From positions 4,288,001-4,352,000 of the forward strand of contig OZ244621.1 of NCBI GenBank assembly GCA_965218425.1: a stretch of 64,000 bases of DNA. Reading direction: 5' to 3'. Source of the DNA: an uncultured Candidatus Binatia bacterium (GTDB lineage Bacteria; Desulfobacterota; Binatia; UBA9968; CAXXLF01). The notes under the pieces are model-generated. The model did no database searches. It worked only from the letters and a program-made list of their open reading frames with translations, and had not been told where the DNA came from. The stretch's first letter is position 1. Each line of letters starts with the position of its first letter. Made by a program: the position numbers and the translations under genes. Shown piece by piece: positions 1 through 9,375 of this stretch.

Positions 1-10
1 TATTCTCCAT
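1..10 (-). CDS. Probable 5' start of a further minus-strand CDS running off the left edge
   Basis: Minus-strand ATG at 10 preceded by AGGAGG (rc of cctcct, 21-26). Only three codons are visible. Confidence 0.35.
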
Positions 11-115
11 CAACGATCGGCCTCCTGTGGAGGCAATCGGCCTCTATCGTGAGGAGAGTGGGTAGGTTGCCGCAAAAGCCAAACTTCAGATAAGAAAACT
101 TAGCGGACGACTCTG

Positions 116-1075
116 TTACGCAGTTATCCGCGTCTCATGTTTCGGACGATACTTCTCGCACAGATCCTTCCAGTAGGCGGCTTTCTTTTGCGAGTTTTCA
201 ATGACCGCTTGAGGAATAACGGTGAATGGCGGCCGGAGTGGTCCCGGTTTGCAATATCCCGCGAAATTCATGGTAAGTTTGCTTCCGGGTTCGCGCCAGC
301 TTTCACTGACTGGACCACCTCCACCACCCCTTAGCTCTCTGATTATTTGACTCGCTTTTTCATAATCGCCTGCTCCGACGGCGTCGCGCAGGGCAAGCAC
401 CGGCCAAGGGCCTAACCATGAGTCAATGGACCAGCAACCTGAAGCTCCCAGGAGCGCGTAGGGGTAATACTGCCATTGGCTACAAAAAATCGCTATTTTA
501 CCTTTCACTGTTGAGACGAATTCAATGAATGCAGGTGTGGGCCGGTGACTGTCCTTAATGCCAACAATGTTAGACTTCTCTGTGATTTTTTTGAAGGCTG
601 GTACGGGAAGACTTACCCGATGGAGCGGAGGATTATGATAGATCATGATCCCTAGCTTTGGGAAAAGATCCGCAATATCGTGGTAGAATCGAATAGCGTT
701 GTCTACGGTGGACGGAATGTAATAGGGCACCCCTGCGAGGACCCCGTCCGCACCGGCTTCTTCAACCACCTTCATTTTGTTCACCACCTCGCGGGTGTGA
801 GGGCTGGTTACGCCGATGAACACTGGAACCCGTTTTTTAGCCGCCTCAGTAGTCGCTCGGGTCAGAGTCACAAATTCATTCCAGAGAAGATTGTAGCATT
901 CTCCGAAGCTGCCGGTGGTCGCAATCACATCGATTCCATCGTTGATAATCCGGTCGACAGCGTCTTGGAGATGATTTACATCAACGGTTTCTGTGGCCTG
1001 TACTGAGCCCCCATTTTCAGTTGTAAATGAGGGCATCATCGCACAAACGCCTTTAAGGTCTTGAGATCGTATCAT
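116..1075 (-). CDS. DHDPS/NAL-family hydratase-aldolase, NahE/PhdJ-like
   Basis: TGSFGEC (GxxGE motif of the NahE subgroup), IYHNP Tyr, GIKDS Schiff-base Lys, C-terminal GPLRPPF, SD upstream. Confidence 0.8.
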   Translation of the reverse strand: MIRSQDLKGVCAMMPSFTTENGGSVQATETVDVNHLQDAVDRIINDGIDVIATTGSFGECYNLLWNEFVTLTRATTEAAKKRVPVFIGVTSPHTREVVNKMKVVEEAGADGVLAGVPYYIPSTVDNAIRFYHDIADLFPKLGIMIYHNPPLHRVSLPVPAFKKITEKSNIVGIKDSHRPTPAFIEFVSTVKGKIAIFCSQWQYYPYALLGASGCWSIDSWLGPWPVLALRDAVGAGDYEKASQIIRELRGGGGGPVSESWREPGSKLTMNFAGYCKPGPLRPPFTVIPQAVIENSQKKAAYWKDLCEKYRPKHETRITA

Positions 1076-1245
1076 AATAAGTCTCCTTTCATCGCCTACT
1101 TTATTGACCGTAATGATTTTCGACCAAGGTGTTTATAGCGCTCATAACGCCGCCTCTCTTTAGAAGCTTGATCGATAATGGAATCATACGCTGGCAAAAT
1201 TTCTACCCGCAACTCGTAACGTCTTGGCCGTTACCTATGCCTCAG

Positions 1246-2217
1246 CTACTGAAACTTGGCTGGGACATGCGAAGCGAAAAACTCGTCGATTGTCAGGTGA
1301 CGCTTTGTTAGGCCTTGTGCGTGCGCATCGTCCAGGAACGCGTCGAGCGCTCTCCGGTTAGGCGTGATCCCGTACGGGAGCGGATCCGGCCCAAATAGCC
1401 TTTCCGTCTCCTCTAGACTGAGCCCAACAATCGGTTCCCTTGGGAACTCGGATGATTCCGCTGGTCCCCTCTGGACTTGCTTCCGGCTCAACTCCTTCGC
1501 AGTCTGGAACGAATCGCAGAGGTTTCCGACCAACCAAGGCTCTCGGCGTGCCAGATCCTCCTTGATGGCAACAATATGATGAGCGGGATACACACCTGTG
1601 CGCTTATAGTAATCGACCTGGGCGGCTACCGGATCCGAGAACAGGGCCACACTCCCTTCGGGACCGAGGCCTCCGGGGACCGTAATGGCGTCGACATCGC
1701 CCGCCAGGAAGAGTTCGCGAGGGTTATTGACTCCCCGCGGGGAACGCTTTGCGTTCGGCGGAAGTTCCAGGGTATCAAGTCGCTCCGGCTGACACGTAAT
1801 CCAGTTGATGTCGTGCAGGGAGATTCCGTACTCCTGGCGCATGACCAACCGATTCCAGATTGAGGCCGACATCCAGAACTGGCGCACCCCGACCCGTTTA
1901 CCGCGCAGATCAGAAGGCTGCTTGATACCCGCGGTTGGCGAGACAAACACACCCCGATGAGGGAACATCCGAACGAACAAGATCGGCAACGCTGCCAGCG
2001 GGATCCCTTGATCCCGGGCCTTAGTGAAACTGCCAATTGACATTTCTCCGACGTCGTACTTGAGCGCGAGCATCGCCTCAGTAATGGTATCCGTGTCCTT
2101 CTCTCGCCTCGCGTGGGCGACGGCTCCCGCGATCGGCACTTCACCGCTCAGCAACTCTGGGGTGCCCGGTGAGCTTTGGCGACCCAGTAAAGACATAGTG
2201 AACTCAAAGTCTGCCAT
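1246..2217 (-). CDS. 4,5-dihydroxyphthalate decarboxylase-like protein (Pht5/OphC, PBP2 fold)
   Basis: YDVGEMS, PSDLRGKRVGV, YYKRTGVYPAHH, GPDPLPYGITPNRRAL motifs. No signal peptide. Confidence 0.7.
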   Translation of the reverse strand: MADFEFTMSLLGRQSSPGTPELLSGEVPIAGAVAHARREKDTDTITEAMLALKYDVGEMSIGSFTKARDQGIPLAALPILFVRMFPHRGVFVSPTAGIKQPSDLRGKRVGVRQFWMSASIWNRLVMRQEYGISLHDINWITCQPERLDTLELPPNAKRSPRGVNNPRELFLAGDVDAITVPGGLGPEGSVALFSDPVAAQVDYYKRTGVYPAHHIVAIKEDLARREPWLVGNLCDSFQTAKELSRKQVQRGPAESSEFPREPIVGLSLEETERLFGPDPLPYGITPNRRALDAFLDDAHAQGLTKRHLTIDEFFASHVPAKFQ

Positions 2218-2282
2218 GTTCTCTCCCTCCTCCGAACGGTAAGGATTTCTATATTTGCGTTAGTTGTTGATATCGCATTACC

Positions 2283-2460
2283 CTGGTTCAACCGTTGCGG
2301 ATCAATTATCCCGAAGCGTCCTACCATGTTATCTGTCGGGGCAACGAACGGCGCGATACTTCTCGGAATGACCGAGATCGCACGGTATTTTTAAAAACCC
2401 TTCAGATCTCGCTAAAGTTCCGGTCGGTAAGGTTGCACTGCTACGTTTTGATGAACAGCC
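2283..2460 (+). pseudogene. Truncated REP-associated (RAYT/Y1) tyrosine transposase remnant
   Basis: LVQPLRINYPEASYHVICRGNERR...RDRTVFL...LHCYVLMN matches the RAYT N-terminus (MARPLRIEYPGAxYHVxxRGN...AYVLMxNH). No ATG, and similarity ends just before the HUH motif. Confidence 0.75.
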
Positions 2461-2487
2461 GCCTGTCGCGCCCTAATGATCTTAGGC

Positions 2488-3294
2488 TTACGTAGGCCTC
2501 AACATTGAGCGAGTAAGCCTCCCCGCTTTTACATCGTCACTGAACTTCTGAACAGCCTCAAAAAGCGAAACCGCAACTGGACCGTAGGTGGCCCGTGGGT
2601 GATCCAACTCCCCCAGATTAAATCCGACCGTGTTTGGTGTGACGCCTAAACGACCATCGCCATCTCCCGCACCGGCAACCATCGTCAATACACTGAGCTC
2701 TTGGGCCATCTTTCCAACGGTCTCCGGCGGCACTCGAGTAAGAAGCAACGAGAATGCCCCTGCGGCTATTAGAGCACGCGCATCACGCCATACTTTGTCT
2801 TCCTCAATGTAGGCGTCTTTAGCGTCCGCGGGTCGATCCCTCCTACCGGTTCCTATGGTGGCCTGTGGTGTCAATCCTATATGCCCCATGACTGGGATGC
2901 CCGCTTTAACTATGGCCTCTACCGTAGAAGCGTGATCGGCCCCCACTTCTAACTTCGCAGCCTGAGCTCCACCCTCCTGAATCAATCGAGCGCTGTTGAA
3001 AATCGCCTTTTCCTTGCTTATTTGATATGTCATAAAGGGCATGTCACCTATCACAAAAGCTCGCTTCGCCGCACGACTTACTGCCCGAGTCATCAGCACC
3101 ATTTCATCCATGGTCACCCAATTATTGTTTTCGTGTCCCAGGAGATAACGTCCGCCACTGTCTCCTATAAGAATAATTTCCACACCCGCCCGGTCGATAA
3201 TGCCAGCCGTTGTATAATCATAGGCCGTCATCGCCACAACTTTTTTCTTGTCCCGCTTCATATCCAGCAATTCCGATATAGTGAGTCTTGCCAT
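2488..3294 (-). CDS. PanB-fold (ketopantoate hydroxymethyltransferase-like) protein, divergent active site
   Basis: TAYDY, IGDSGGR, GDMPF, AKLE, GHIGLTPQ. LLLTRVP replaces canonical VLECVP. Confidence 0.85.
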   Translation of the reverse strand: MARLTISELLDMKRDKKKVVAMTAYDYTTAGIIDRAGVEIILIGDSGGRYLLGHENNNWVTMDEMVLMTRAVSRAAKRAFVIGDMPFMTYQISKEKAIFNSARLIQEGGAQAAKLEVGADHASTVEAIVKAGIPVMGHIGLTPQATIGTGRRDRPADAKDAYIEEDKVWRDARALIAAGAFSLLLTRVPPETVGKMAQELSVLTMVAGAGDGDGRLGVTPNTVGFNLGELDHPRATYGPVAVSLFEAVQKFSDDVKAGRLTRSMLRPT

Positions 3295-3306
3295 ATAGTC
3301 TCCCTA

Positions 3307-4308
3307 TCAATCGCTATTTGAATCCCCCACCAGGTTTTTTGGAAATAGGCTCTCCACGAACAGGTGGTTGCGGATAAGGCCCTCTTGAAGAGCGCCTTCT
3401 ATAAAGTCTTCCAGGGTGTGCTGGTTCGCCTTTATACCGTACGGCCATGGATCGTCTCCTACGAGGTCGTAGAGGTCTTTGACAGTGCCCTTTTTGAGCG
3501 GCCAATGCCCGGTGGGAAGGAGAAATTCAACCGCTTTAGCTTGGCCCACCTTTTCTTTTGCCTGCCGGAACATCTCATAGAGACTCTCGGCGATCCAAGG
3601 GTGGTCAGAGAGCAAGGTCTCGCGCATTACAACCACATTCGTTAATGGCAGAACTCCTGTTTTCCTGTAATAGGTCCTCTGCGCCTCTAAAACGTCAGGA
3701 TAGGCATCCCGCCGGACGCTCTCAACAGCCTCTTCCGGTAGTTCCCGCTCGGGTCGGCCTCCTGGACCTAGGCCGATGACTGCATCGACAGCTCCTTCCA
3801 CCAGAAGTCGTGGCGTGTCTCGTCCGAGTTCGTCGGTCTTCACTTGCACCCCCGACGGGTATGTTTGACTCGAAAGGCGTTCCGGCCTGGAGGTAATCCA
3901 GACAATGTCGTGCGGTGCAATACCGTGCATCTGCCACAAGAGACGCCGCCCCCAGAGCGATGATGTGGTCCAGTACAGATGCAGGCCGATCCGCTTACCC
4001 TTCAACTCGTTGAGGTCGCGCGCCTCGGTGTTCTTGTACAAGTGAATATGGGGCTGTATGAAGCGTCTCGTCGTAAAGACAGGCAAAGCGAGCACGGGAT
4101 ACCCTTGGTCACGGGCGGCAATGAATGTCGCAAGGGATGTCTCTCCAACGTCGAGACTGCCCTCAAGTACGCTCTCAAGGGCACCATCGTGACCTTTGTG
4201 CTTGTGCAGCTCGAGATCGATTCCACTCGGAGTTACATTTCCCTGAAGAATTGGCCAGTGATAAGGCGTGTTGGCGCTTATGGATAAGGTGATTTTGGTC
4301 AGTGCCAT
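3307..4308 (-). CDS. 4,5-dihydroxyphthalate decarboxylase-like protein, second copy
   Basis: LDVGETS, LPVFTTR, ELKGKRIG, YYRKTGVLP, GDDPWPYGIKAN. Start moved from 4359 to ATG 4308 (4314 possible). Confidence 0.7.
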   Translation of the reverse strand: MALTKITLSISANTPYHWPILQGNVTPSGIDLELHKHKGHDGALESVLEGSLDVGETSLATFIAARDQGYPVLALPVFTTRRFIQPHIHLYKNTEARDLNELKGKRIGLHLYWTTSSLWGRRLLWQMHGIAPHDIVWITSRPERLSSQTYPSGVQVKTDELGRDTPRLLVEGAVDAVIGLGPGGRPERELPEEAVESVRRDAYPDVLEAQRTYYRKTGVLPLTNVVVMRETLLSDHPWIAESLYEMFRQAKEKVGQAKAVEFLLPTGHWPLKKGTVKDLYDLVGDDPWPYGIKANQHTLEDFIEGALQEGLIRNHLFVESLFPKNLVGDSNSD

Positions 4309-4484
4309 GGTCATCAATCTCTTATTCAGAATTTTTGACCTGTAAACGGCGCACACCACTTTTGCGGCCAGTGGTAAGATAAAAGATAACAGGACCGGTT
4401 TGAAGAGCCGTTCGGTAGTTTAATAATTGATGCATTCTTACCTTAGAGATGCTGAAGGTGTATGGCAAACGCATCGCGTATTGG

Positions 4485-5657
4485 TTACCGCCAGCCTCCT
4501 GGCCTGGAGAGGATTTCCGGGGGAATTGGGTCGGTACGGTAAACCACGGAGGGCATCGTACACTCCACGCCCTCCTTTGCGTTGGCCTCAATAAAATATC
4601 GCCGAACCTCTGGATCCTCGTCTTCATACTCAATGAGCCGGCCACCCTCACGAACAGTCGTAACGACACCGCCATCGTCACGATCACGCGCCACTGCCAG
4701 CGGATTAGAACCTCCGTAGCATGCCACGTGGCGCGCGGGTGTCTCTCCCGTGCTCATGTGCTGATGGAACCAGCCGTCCGGAGGTGCGTAAATACTGTTC
4801 GGTCCCCATTGGACCTGGACAACTTCGTCACCGTGCCCATCTCGCCATGGGTACAACCCTAGCTCCTTGGGCCATAGGTTGACGTAGCCATTTCCCTTGA
4901 GGCCCACGAGTACAGCGCCGGGGCCATGGTAATGGGCCTTGTGGTATCTGCCGACGGGCCACTCGGAGATATGGCCGCTGGGAAACCCTCCTGCCATCCG
5001 GTAGAGCGTATGATGGCCGCCCGCCACCTTTTGTTCGTAGTCGTCTAAGAACTCCCTCTTCACGTCACTGATGAAGTTCGTGTACCACATTGCAGTGTTA
5101 TATCGCCCTCGTCGAACACGGTTCTGGGTTTGGTTGAAGTAATCGTCCTGGCCGCCATAATCTTCCGTAAAGTCATGCTTGCAGTTGAAGACAAATCCGA
5201 TCTCGTTTAATCCGTTCATTACCTTCGGTGCTGTGGTTATGGCAAAAAAAATCACCGGCTCTTGTCCGCCGTTGTAAAGCCGGTAGTACGTATTCTTGGG
5301 TGGAGCAAAGAGGCTTCCAGGTTCCCACTCGAATGTCTTCTTGGACCCCTTCTCCTGCCAAACCTCGGCTGCTCCTCGACCTTGCAAAATCAGTGTAAAT
5401 TGCTCGTATAGGTGGTGTTGGACCTCGAGCGCTTTGCCGCTGGGAATCTCGCACACGAACATACCGCGCTCGGATTGAAATGTCCCCTTGAGTTCGATGA
5501 AAGTCCCCAGACCGCCAGTGCGAGCCCAGGGCCGACGGGGCAGTGCCGTTATGTCCGCTACGCCTGTCACGTCATAATGGATGGGGATACCTTCGCCTTG
5601 AATGAACTCTTGGTATTTGAACTCTTTTTGGATATTACTATTCTTCTGCTCCTGCAT
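4485..5657 (-). CDS. Bicupin protein (distant gentisate-dioxygenase-like cupin)
   Basis: HHLYEQ...G.G..EVW...FEWEPGSLFAPP N-domain; HKAHYHGPG...WFHQH C-domain His motif. Confidence 0.75.
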   Translation of the reverse strand: MQEQKNSNIQKEFKYQEFIQGEGIPIHYDVTGVADITALPRRPWARTGGLGTFIELKGTFQSERGMFVCEIPSGKALEVQHHLYEQFTLILQGRGAAEVWQEKGSKKTFEWEPGSLFAPPKNTYYRLYNGGQEPVIFFAITTAPKVMNGLNEIGFVFNCKHDFTEDYGGQDDYFNQTQNRVRRGRYNTAMWYTNFISDVKREFLDDYEQKVAGGHHTLYRMAGGFPSGHISEWPVGRYHKAHYHGPGAVLVGLKGNGYVNLWPKELGLYPWRDGHGDEVVQVQWGPNSIYAPPDGWFHQHMSTGETPARHVACYGGSNPLAVARDRDDGGVVTTVREGGRLIEYEDEDPEVRRYFIEANAKEGVECTMPSVVYRTDPIPPEILSRPGGWR

Positions 5658-6081
5658 AACTAGCTCCTCTTGCTAGCGGATTTCAAGACTTTGGGTGCCA
5701 GTTCGTCAGCCTCCTTGCAATAGCATCGATTTTAATCCGACCTCAACGTTCCGCCATCAACCAAGTTGCCCAACGACTCTATCCAGCGCTGGAAGGCTTG
5801 GATGGGACGGTATCAACTGCCACAAATCTGGGATTTTTACCTTTGCCACTTTTCTTAGATCTCCGTATATTCTACAATCCCTAATCACAAATTTGTTGGT
5901 CACCACTTTATTCCATATCGGCATCTCCATGATCAGTTCTAATAGGGCTCACTTGCTGTAACGGCAATCCCGATGGGATGTCTTCCTACAACGGCATACT
6001 CGCTTAACCTGTGCGGCACGGCCGCTGAGACTTATGACAACGGAGTTACAAAGATCGTCACCAAAAGCACTAGCCAAACTT

Positions 6082-7263
6082 TTACTGGTTCCTTTTTGCC
6101 TTCCTGGTCTCCTCGCGAATAATCTTTAAAACAGGTCGCAAATTGTTCAGTTCAGGGGTCTCCACCTCCATGTAATTCACCTCCTTCCTGAGCCGATAGT
6201 GGGGTAAGACCATGTCCTTCGGGATGTCGACCCGTCGTGAATTTACCTGTGATGTCCTCTGGGAGGTAAGCTGACCCTCACGGGTTAAAATCCAGTTGAT
6301 GAAAACCTTGGCTGCATTGGGATGCGGGGCTTTATTCACAAGAGCCATAGCGCCAGCGTGCGAAGTAATCGCGGCCCCTTCTTTCAAGATATGACTCAAA
6401 GGCGCCACCGGTAATCCCTGCTCTTGAGCTGGCAGTATCCTTCGCGACGAGCAGAAAAAGCAGAAGGCATACTTTCCACCGGCAAGCCAGTCCACCCCCT
6501 GACGTATATTGCTGTAAAGCTTAAGATCCATCTCCCCGTATAGACGCCTCAGGTATTTAGGACCTAAGGCCGGGTTGTGATAGAAAAAAATCAAGTTCAG
6601 ACTTCCAGTTCCTGGTGTTCTTATATCTCTGGCCTCAATTTTTCCCTTCCACTTGGGCTGGAGAAAGTCCCAAAAAGATTTGATTTCCTTTATATTCACA
6701 AGGTTGGTGTTGTACCCAATACTCCCTATCTGGGGATTACCTGTGTATATGAAAACATATTCTTGTTCACGATCATTATACTTGTGCTTTCCCCCCAACC
6801 ATTTTGACTCGTCCAGGACCTCAGGCAAAACCAGTACAGGTTTAATTGGGTCCAGGGCTTTGGCTCTGTGCAACCTAAGGGGAGAGGTAGCACCTGCTAT
6901 GTAAAGATCCGCAAGGTATCTACCTGCCCTCCGCTCTGCCATGAGGCGTTGGAAAGCCAGTCCAAACCCTGTCGATCCTGTGACCACTTTAATCCCGGGA
7001 TAAGCCTTCTGAAATACCCTTGCCTCCGCAATCAATCTTGGGGGAGTGGTGCTGTAGAGATTAACCCGCCCTTCCTTTTTGGCCGCTGCCACTGTCTTTT
7101 TCCATTCTGCTTGCCAACCGGGTTTGGCCTCAGCAGCGAAAGATGAGCCCAGCCTTAAGAGCCCCAGCATCATAATCAATGCCATGCTCAATGTTCGAGG
7201 CCAATTCGCCTTCTGATCCGTAGACATCCGAATCTCAAAATTAAATAAGGATATTTTTTTCAT
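6082..7263 (-). CDS. ABC transporter substrate-binding protein (AfuA/FbpA-like family)
   Basis: Hydrophobic N-terminal signal, AAAKKEGRV, YNTNLV, LQPKWKGKI, APHPNAAKVFINWIL. Confidence 0.85.
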   Translation of the reverse strand: MKKISLFNFEIRMSTDQKANWPRTLSMALIMMLGLLRLGSSFAAEAKPGWQAEWKKTVAAAKKEGRVNLYSTTPPRLIAEARVFQKAYPGIKVVTGSTGFGLAFQRLMAERRAGRYLADLYIAGATSPLRLHRAKALDPIKPVLVLPEVLDESKWLGGKHKYNDREQEYVFIYTGNPQIGSIGYNTNLVNIKEIKSFWDFLQPKWKGKIEARDIRTPGTGSLNLIFFYHNPALGPKYLRRLYGEMDLKLYSNIRQGVDWLAGGKYAFCFFCSSRRILPAQEQGLPVAPLSHILKEGAAITSHAGAMALVNKAPHPNAAKVFINWILTREGQLTSQRTSQVNSRRVDIPKDMVLPHYRLRKEVNYMEVETPELNNLRPVLKIIREETRKAKRNQ

Positions 7264-7311
7264 CGTTACCTCTCTTTTATGGTCAAAGATTCTGGGGATT
7301 TCATCACCTCA

Positions 7312-8367
7312 TCATACAGGGAAAACCACTAGCATCCGGTTGGAATTGAAAAGCCAGGCCTCCGAGAGAGAGAGAAGCTCGGGCTTCCTTCCTTCCATTG
7401 CGCCGGCCAAGCAGATCCAGTTTAGAAACTCATGCTGTCCTGAATCGATGATCTGCTTGGGATCCAAATCCCGCCACTTATATTGCTGTCCCGCAAACAG
7501 CTCCGCACGTCGTGCCCGGTCCGCCTCCATGTCTGGCCACAGGTAATGATGCTTTGTGGTGAGAGACCCATGGGACCAGCTCGCAGAGCCAATTACCACT
7601 GCTCGCCAAGGGCTCTCCTTAATGATCTGAGATACCGCCTTTCCCATGTCATAGCAGCGCCACGGCAGAGGAGACGGCGGAGGCGTTACCGGCATGCCTT
7701 CGAGCTTGCGCCCGATCTGCTTGGTATCCTCGATCTTGACACCCGGGGGCGGTATCCGAAGGTCGACCCCGTAGCAGTTGACCGCAATGGGCACTACCGG
7801 GTGAGGAAATTTTACATGCTCTGTTTCGTCAAGATCCATATAATCAACCGTCCACGTGAACGCGTGTCCATAGGACGGCCCGTGCCCAAGCTTCCACGAG
7901 CAACCGACTTCAAACCCTTTGTAGATCAGCTCGCGCACGATGTGGTTCGCCGCCTGTGGATGCCCTTTAATTGTAACCTTGGGCTTGTACCGGGAGCCAC
8001 CTCCGGCAACGCGCTCATCGCAGAGAACTTCATCAATGGCAAATACGGTGAAAGGCGTGAGCAGGTCGTCCTGGACGTTCTCGTACTGATCATCGGCAAA
8101 AATCAGGACGAAGTCCGGCTTAAAATCGTCGATTGCTTTGCGCGCTAGCCGGAACCCCTTTTGAAGCTCGTCCTTGTATTTCTGCGCCGCTTCGCGTCCC
8201 TCGTCATCGCCCCACTCCTTTCTCATCTCCTCCGGCCAGTTCTTCGGATCCCGTAATTCCACTGGCGTGTCCGGATGCGCGAGGTTCTTGCGAAGATAGT
8301 TATCCATTCGGCCAATGGAGGCTCGAACTAAAGTATGTGTGCAACCGATTCCTAATATCTCACCCAT
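7312..8367 (-). CDS. LigB-family (class III) extradiol ring-cleavage dioxygenase, divergent type
   Basis: GIGCTH, ADDQYE, GHAF, SASWSH, GQHEFLNW motifs. Confidence 0.8.
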   Translation of the reverse strand: MGEILGIGCTHTLVRASIGRMDNYLRKNLAHPDTPVELRDPKNWPEEMRKEWGDDEGREAAQKYKDELQKGFRLARKAIDDFKPDFVLIFADDQYENVQDDLLTPFTVFAIDEVLCDERVAGGGSRYKPKVTIKGHPQAANHIVRELIYKGFEVGCSWKLGHGPSYGHAFTWTVDYMDLDETEHVKFPHPVVPIAVNCYGVDLRIPPPGVKIEDTKQIGRKLEGMPVTPPPSPLPWRCYDMGKAVSQIIKESPWRAVVIGSASWSHGSLTTKHHYLWPDMEADRARRAELFAGQQYKWRDLDPKQIIDSGQHEFLNWICLAGAMEGRKPELLSLSEAWLFNSNRMLVVFPV

Positions 8368-8522
8368 ACGCGTTCCTCCTTTTATTCTACAGGGTTATTG
8401 AATCGATTCATTAATACACAGCCGGCAGTAGACGGCCTCGGGCAAGGCTTGGGAGACGGTTATAGCCATCCAAACACGCTCATTTCGACCATCTCAAATT
8501 CGTAACCGCCATTGACAAACCA

Positions 8523-9311
8523 TCATTCGGAGCGAGAGGAAGGAGCCTTGCCCGCCCGAGCTTCTGCGACATATTCACACATGGCATCGTAAATGATGCG
8601 AGCCACAGGTCCATAGCGAGAGGTCGGTTTGTCGATCTGACTTGCGGCGATGCCAAGCATATTTGAGGTTCCGCCAATTGGGGGACCGTCTGCGTTATAC
8701 TGTCCTACGGTAAATATCGATAACTCTTTCGTAATGCGTGCAGCGATAGGGGGAGGAATTCGGGAGAGGACAATACCGAATGCCCCGGCATCTTGGATGG
8801 CATGGGCGTCGCCCAGCATTGCTTCTTCGTCCATATCGTAGACCTGATCGGTGCTAATCGTTGCCATCCCCATGCTCATCATCGGGGTGGCTCCGATGTG
8901 GCCCAGGACGGGAATACCGGCATTTACGATCGCCTCCACAACTGGCGCAAACCGTTTCCCTCCCTCTAGCTTGACTCCGTCTGCGCCGGCTTCTTGAATG
9001 AAGCGTCCTGCGTTCCGGACCGCTTCGTCAATGTTGACCTGGTAGGACATAAAGGGCAGATCGCCGACGACAAAGGCGCGCTCGACTCCACGAGCCACCG
9101 AGCGCGTCATGATCAACATCTCCTCCATCGTGCAGGACTGGTTGTTCGTATGGCCGAGGACGACACGTCCGCCACTATCGCCAACTAGAATCAGGTCGAT
9201 CCCGGCGCGGTCCATGATGCTCCCCATCTGATAGTCGTACACAACGGCCGTCACGATCGCTTTTTTCTCCCGTTTCATTCGCCACAGATCCGGGATCTTT
9301 ACCTTATCCAT
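8523..9311 (-). CDS. PanB-fold protein, divergent active site
   Basis: VYDY, VGDSGGR, GDLPF, VKLEGG, GHIG. VLSRIP replaces VLECVP. Confidence 0.85.
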   Translation of the reverse strand: MDKVKIPDLWRMKREKKAIVTAVVYDYQMGSIMDRAGIDLILVGDSGGRVVLGHTNNQSCTMEEMLIMTRSVARGVERAFVVGDLPFMSYQVNIDEAVRNAGRFIQEAGADGVKLEGGKRFAPVVEAIVNAGIPVLGHIGATPMMSMGMATISTDQVYDMDEEAMLGDAHAIQDAGAFGIVLSRIPPPIAARITKELSIFTVGQYNADGPPIGGTSNMLGIAASQIDKPTSRYGPVARIIYDAMCEYVAEARAGKAPSSRSE

Positions 9312-9375
9312 TAGCTAACCCTCCTGTCGCTCCGGGGCATGTGTGTTCTTGTGGATCTCAATATCTCCATCCGGC

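Noticed and set aside
5695..5961. Small intergenic ORFs (5695-5961, 26302-26552, 42812-43036, 43714-43974)
   Set aside because: No convincing SD or domain motif; 42812-43036 overlaps the tRNA and terminator.
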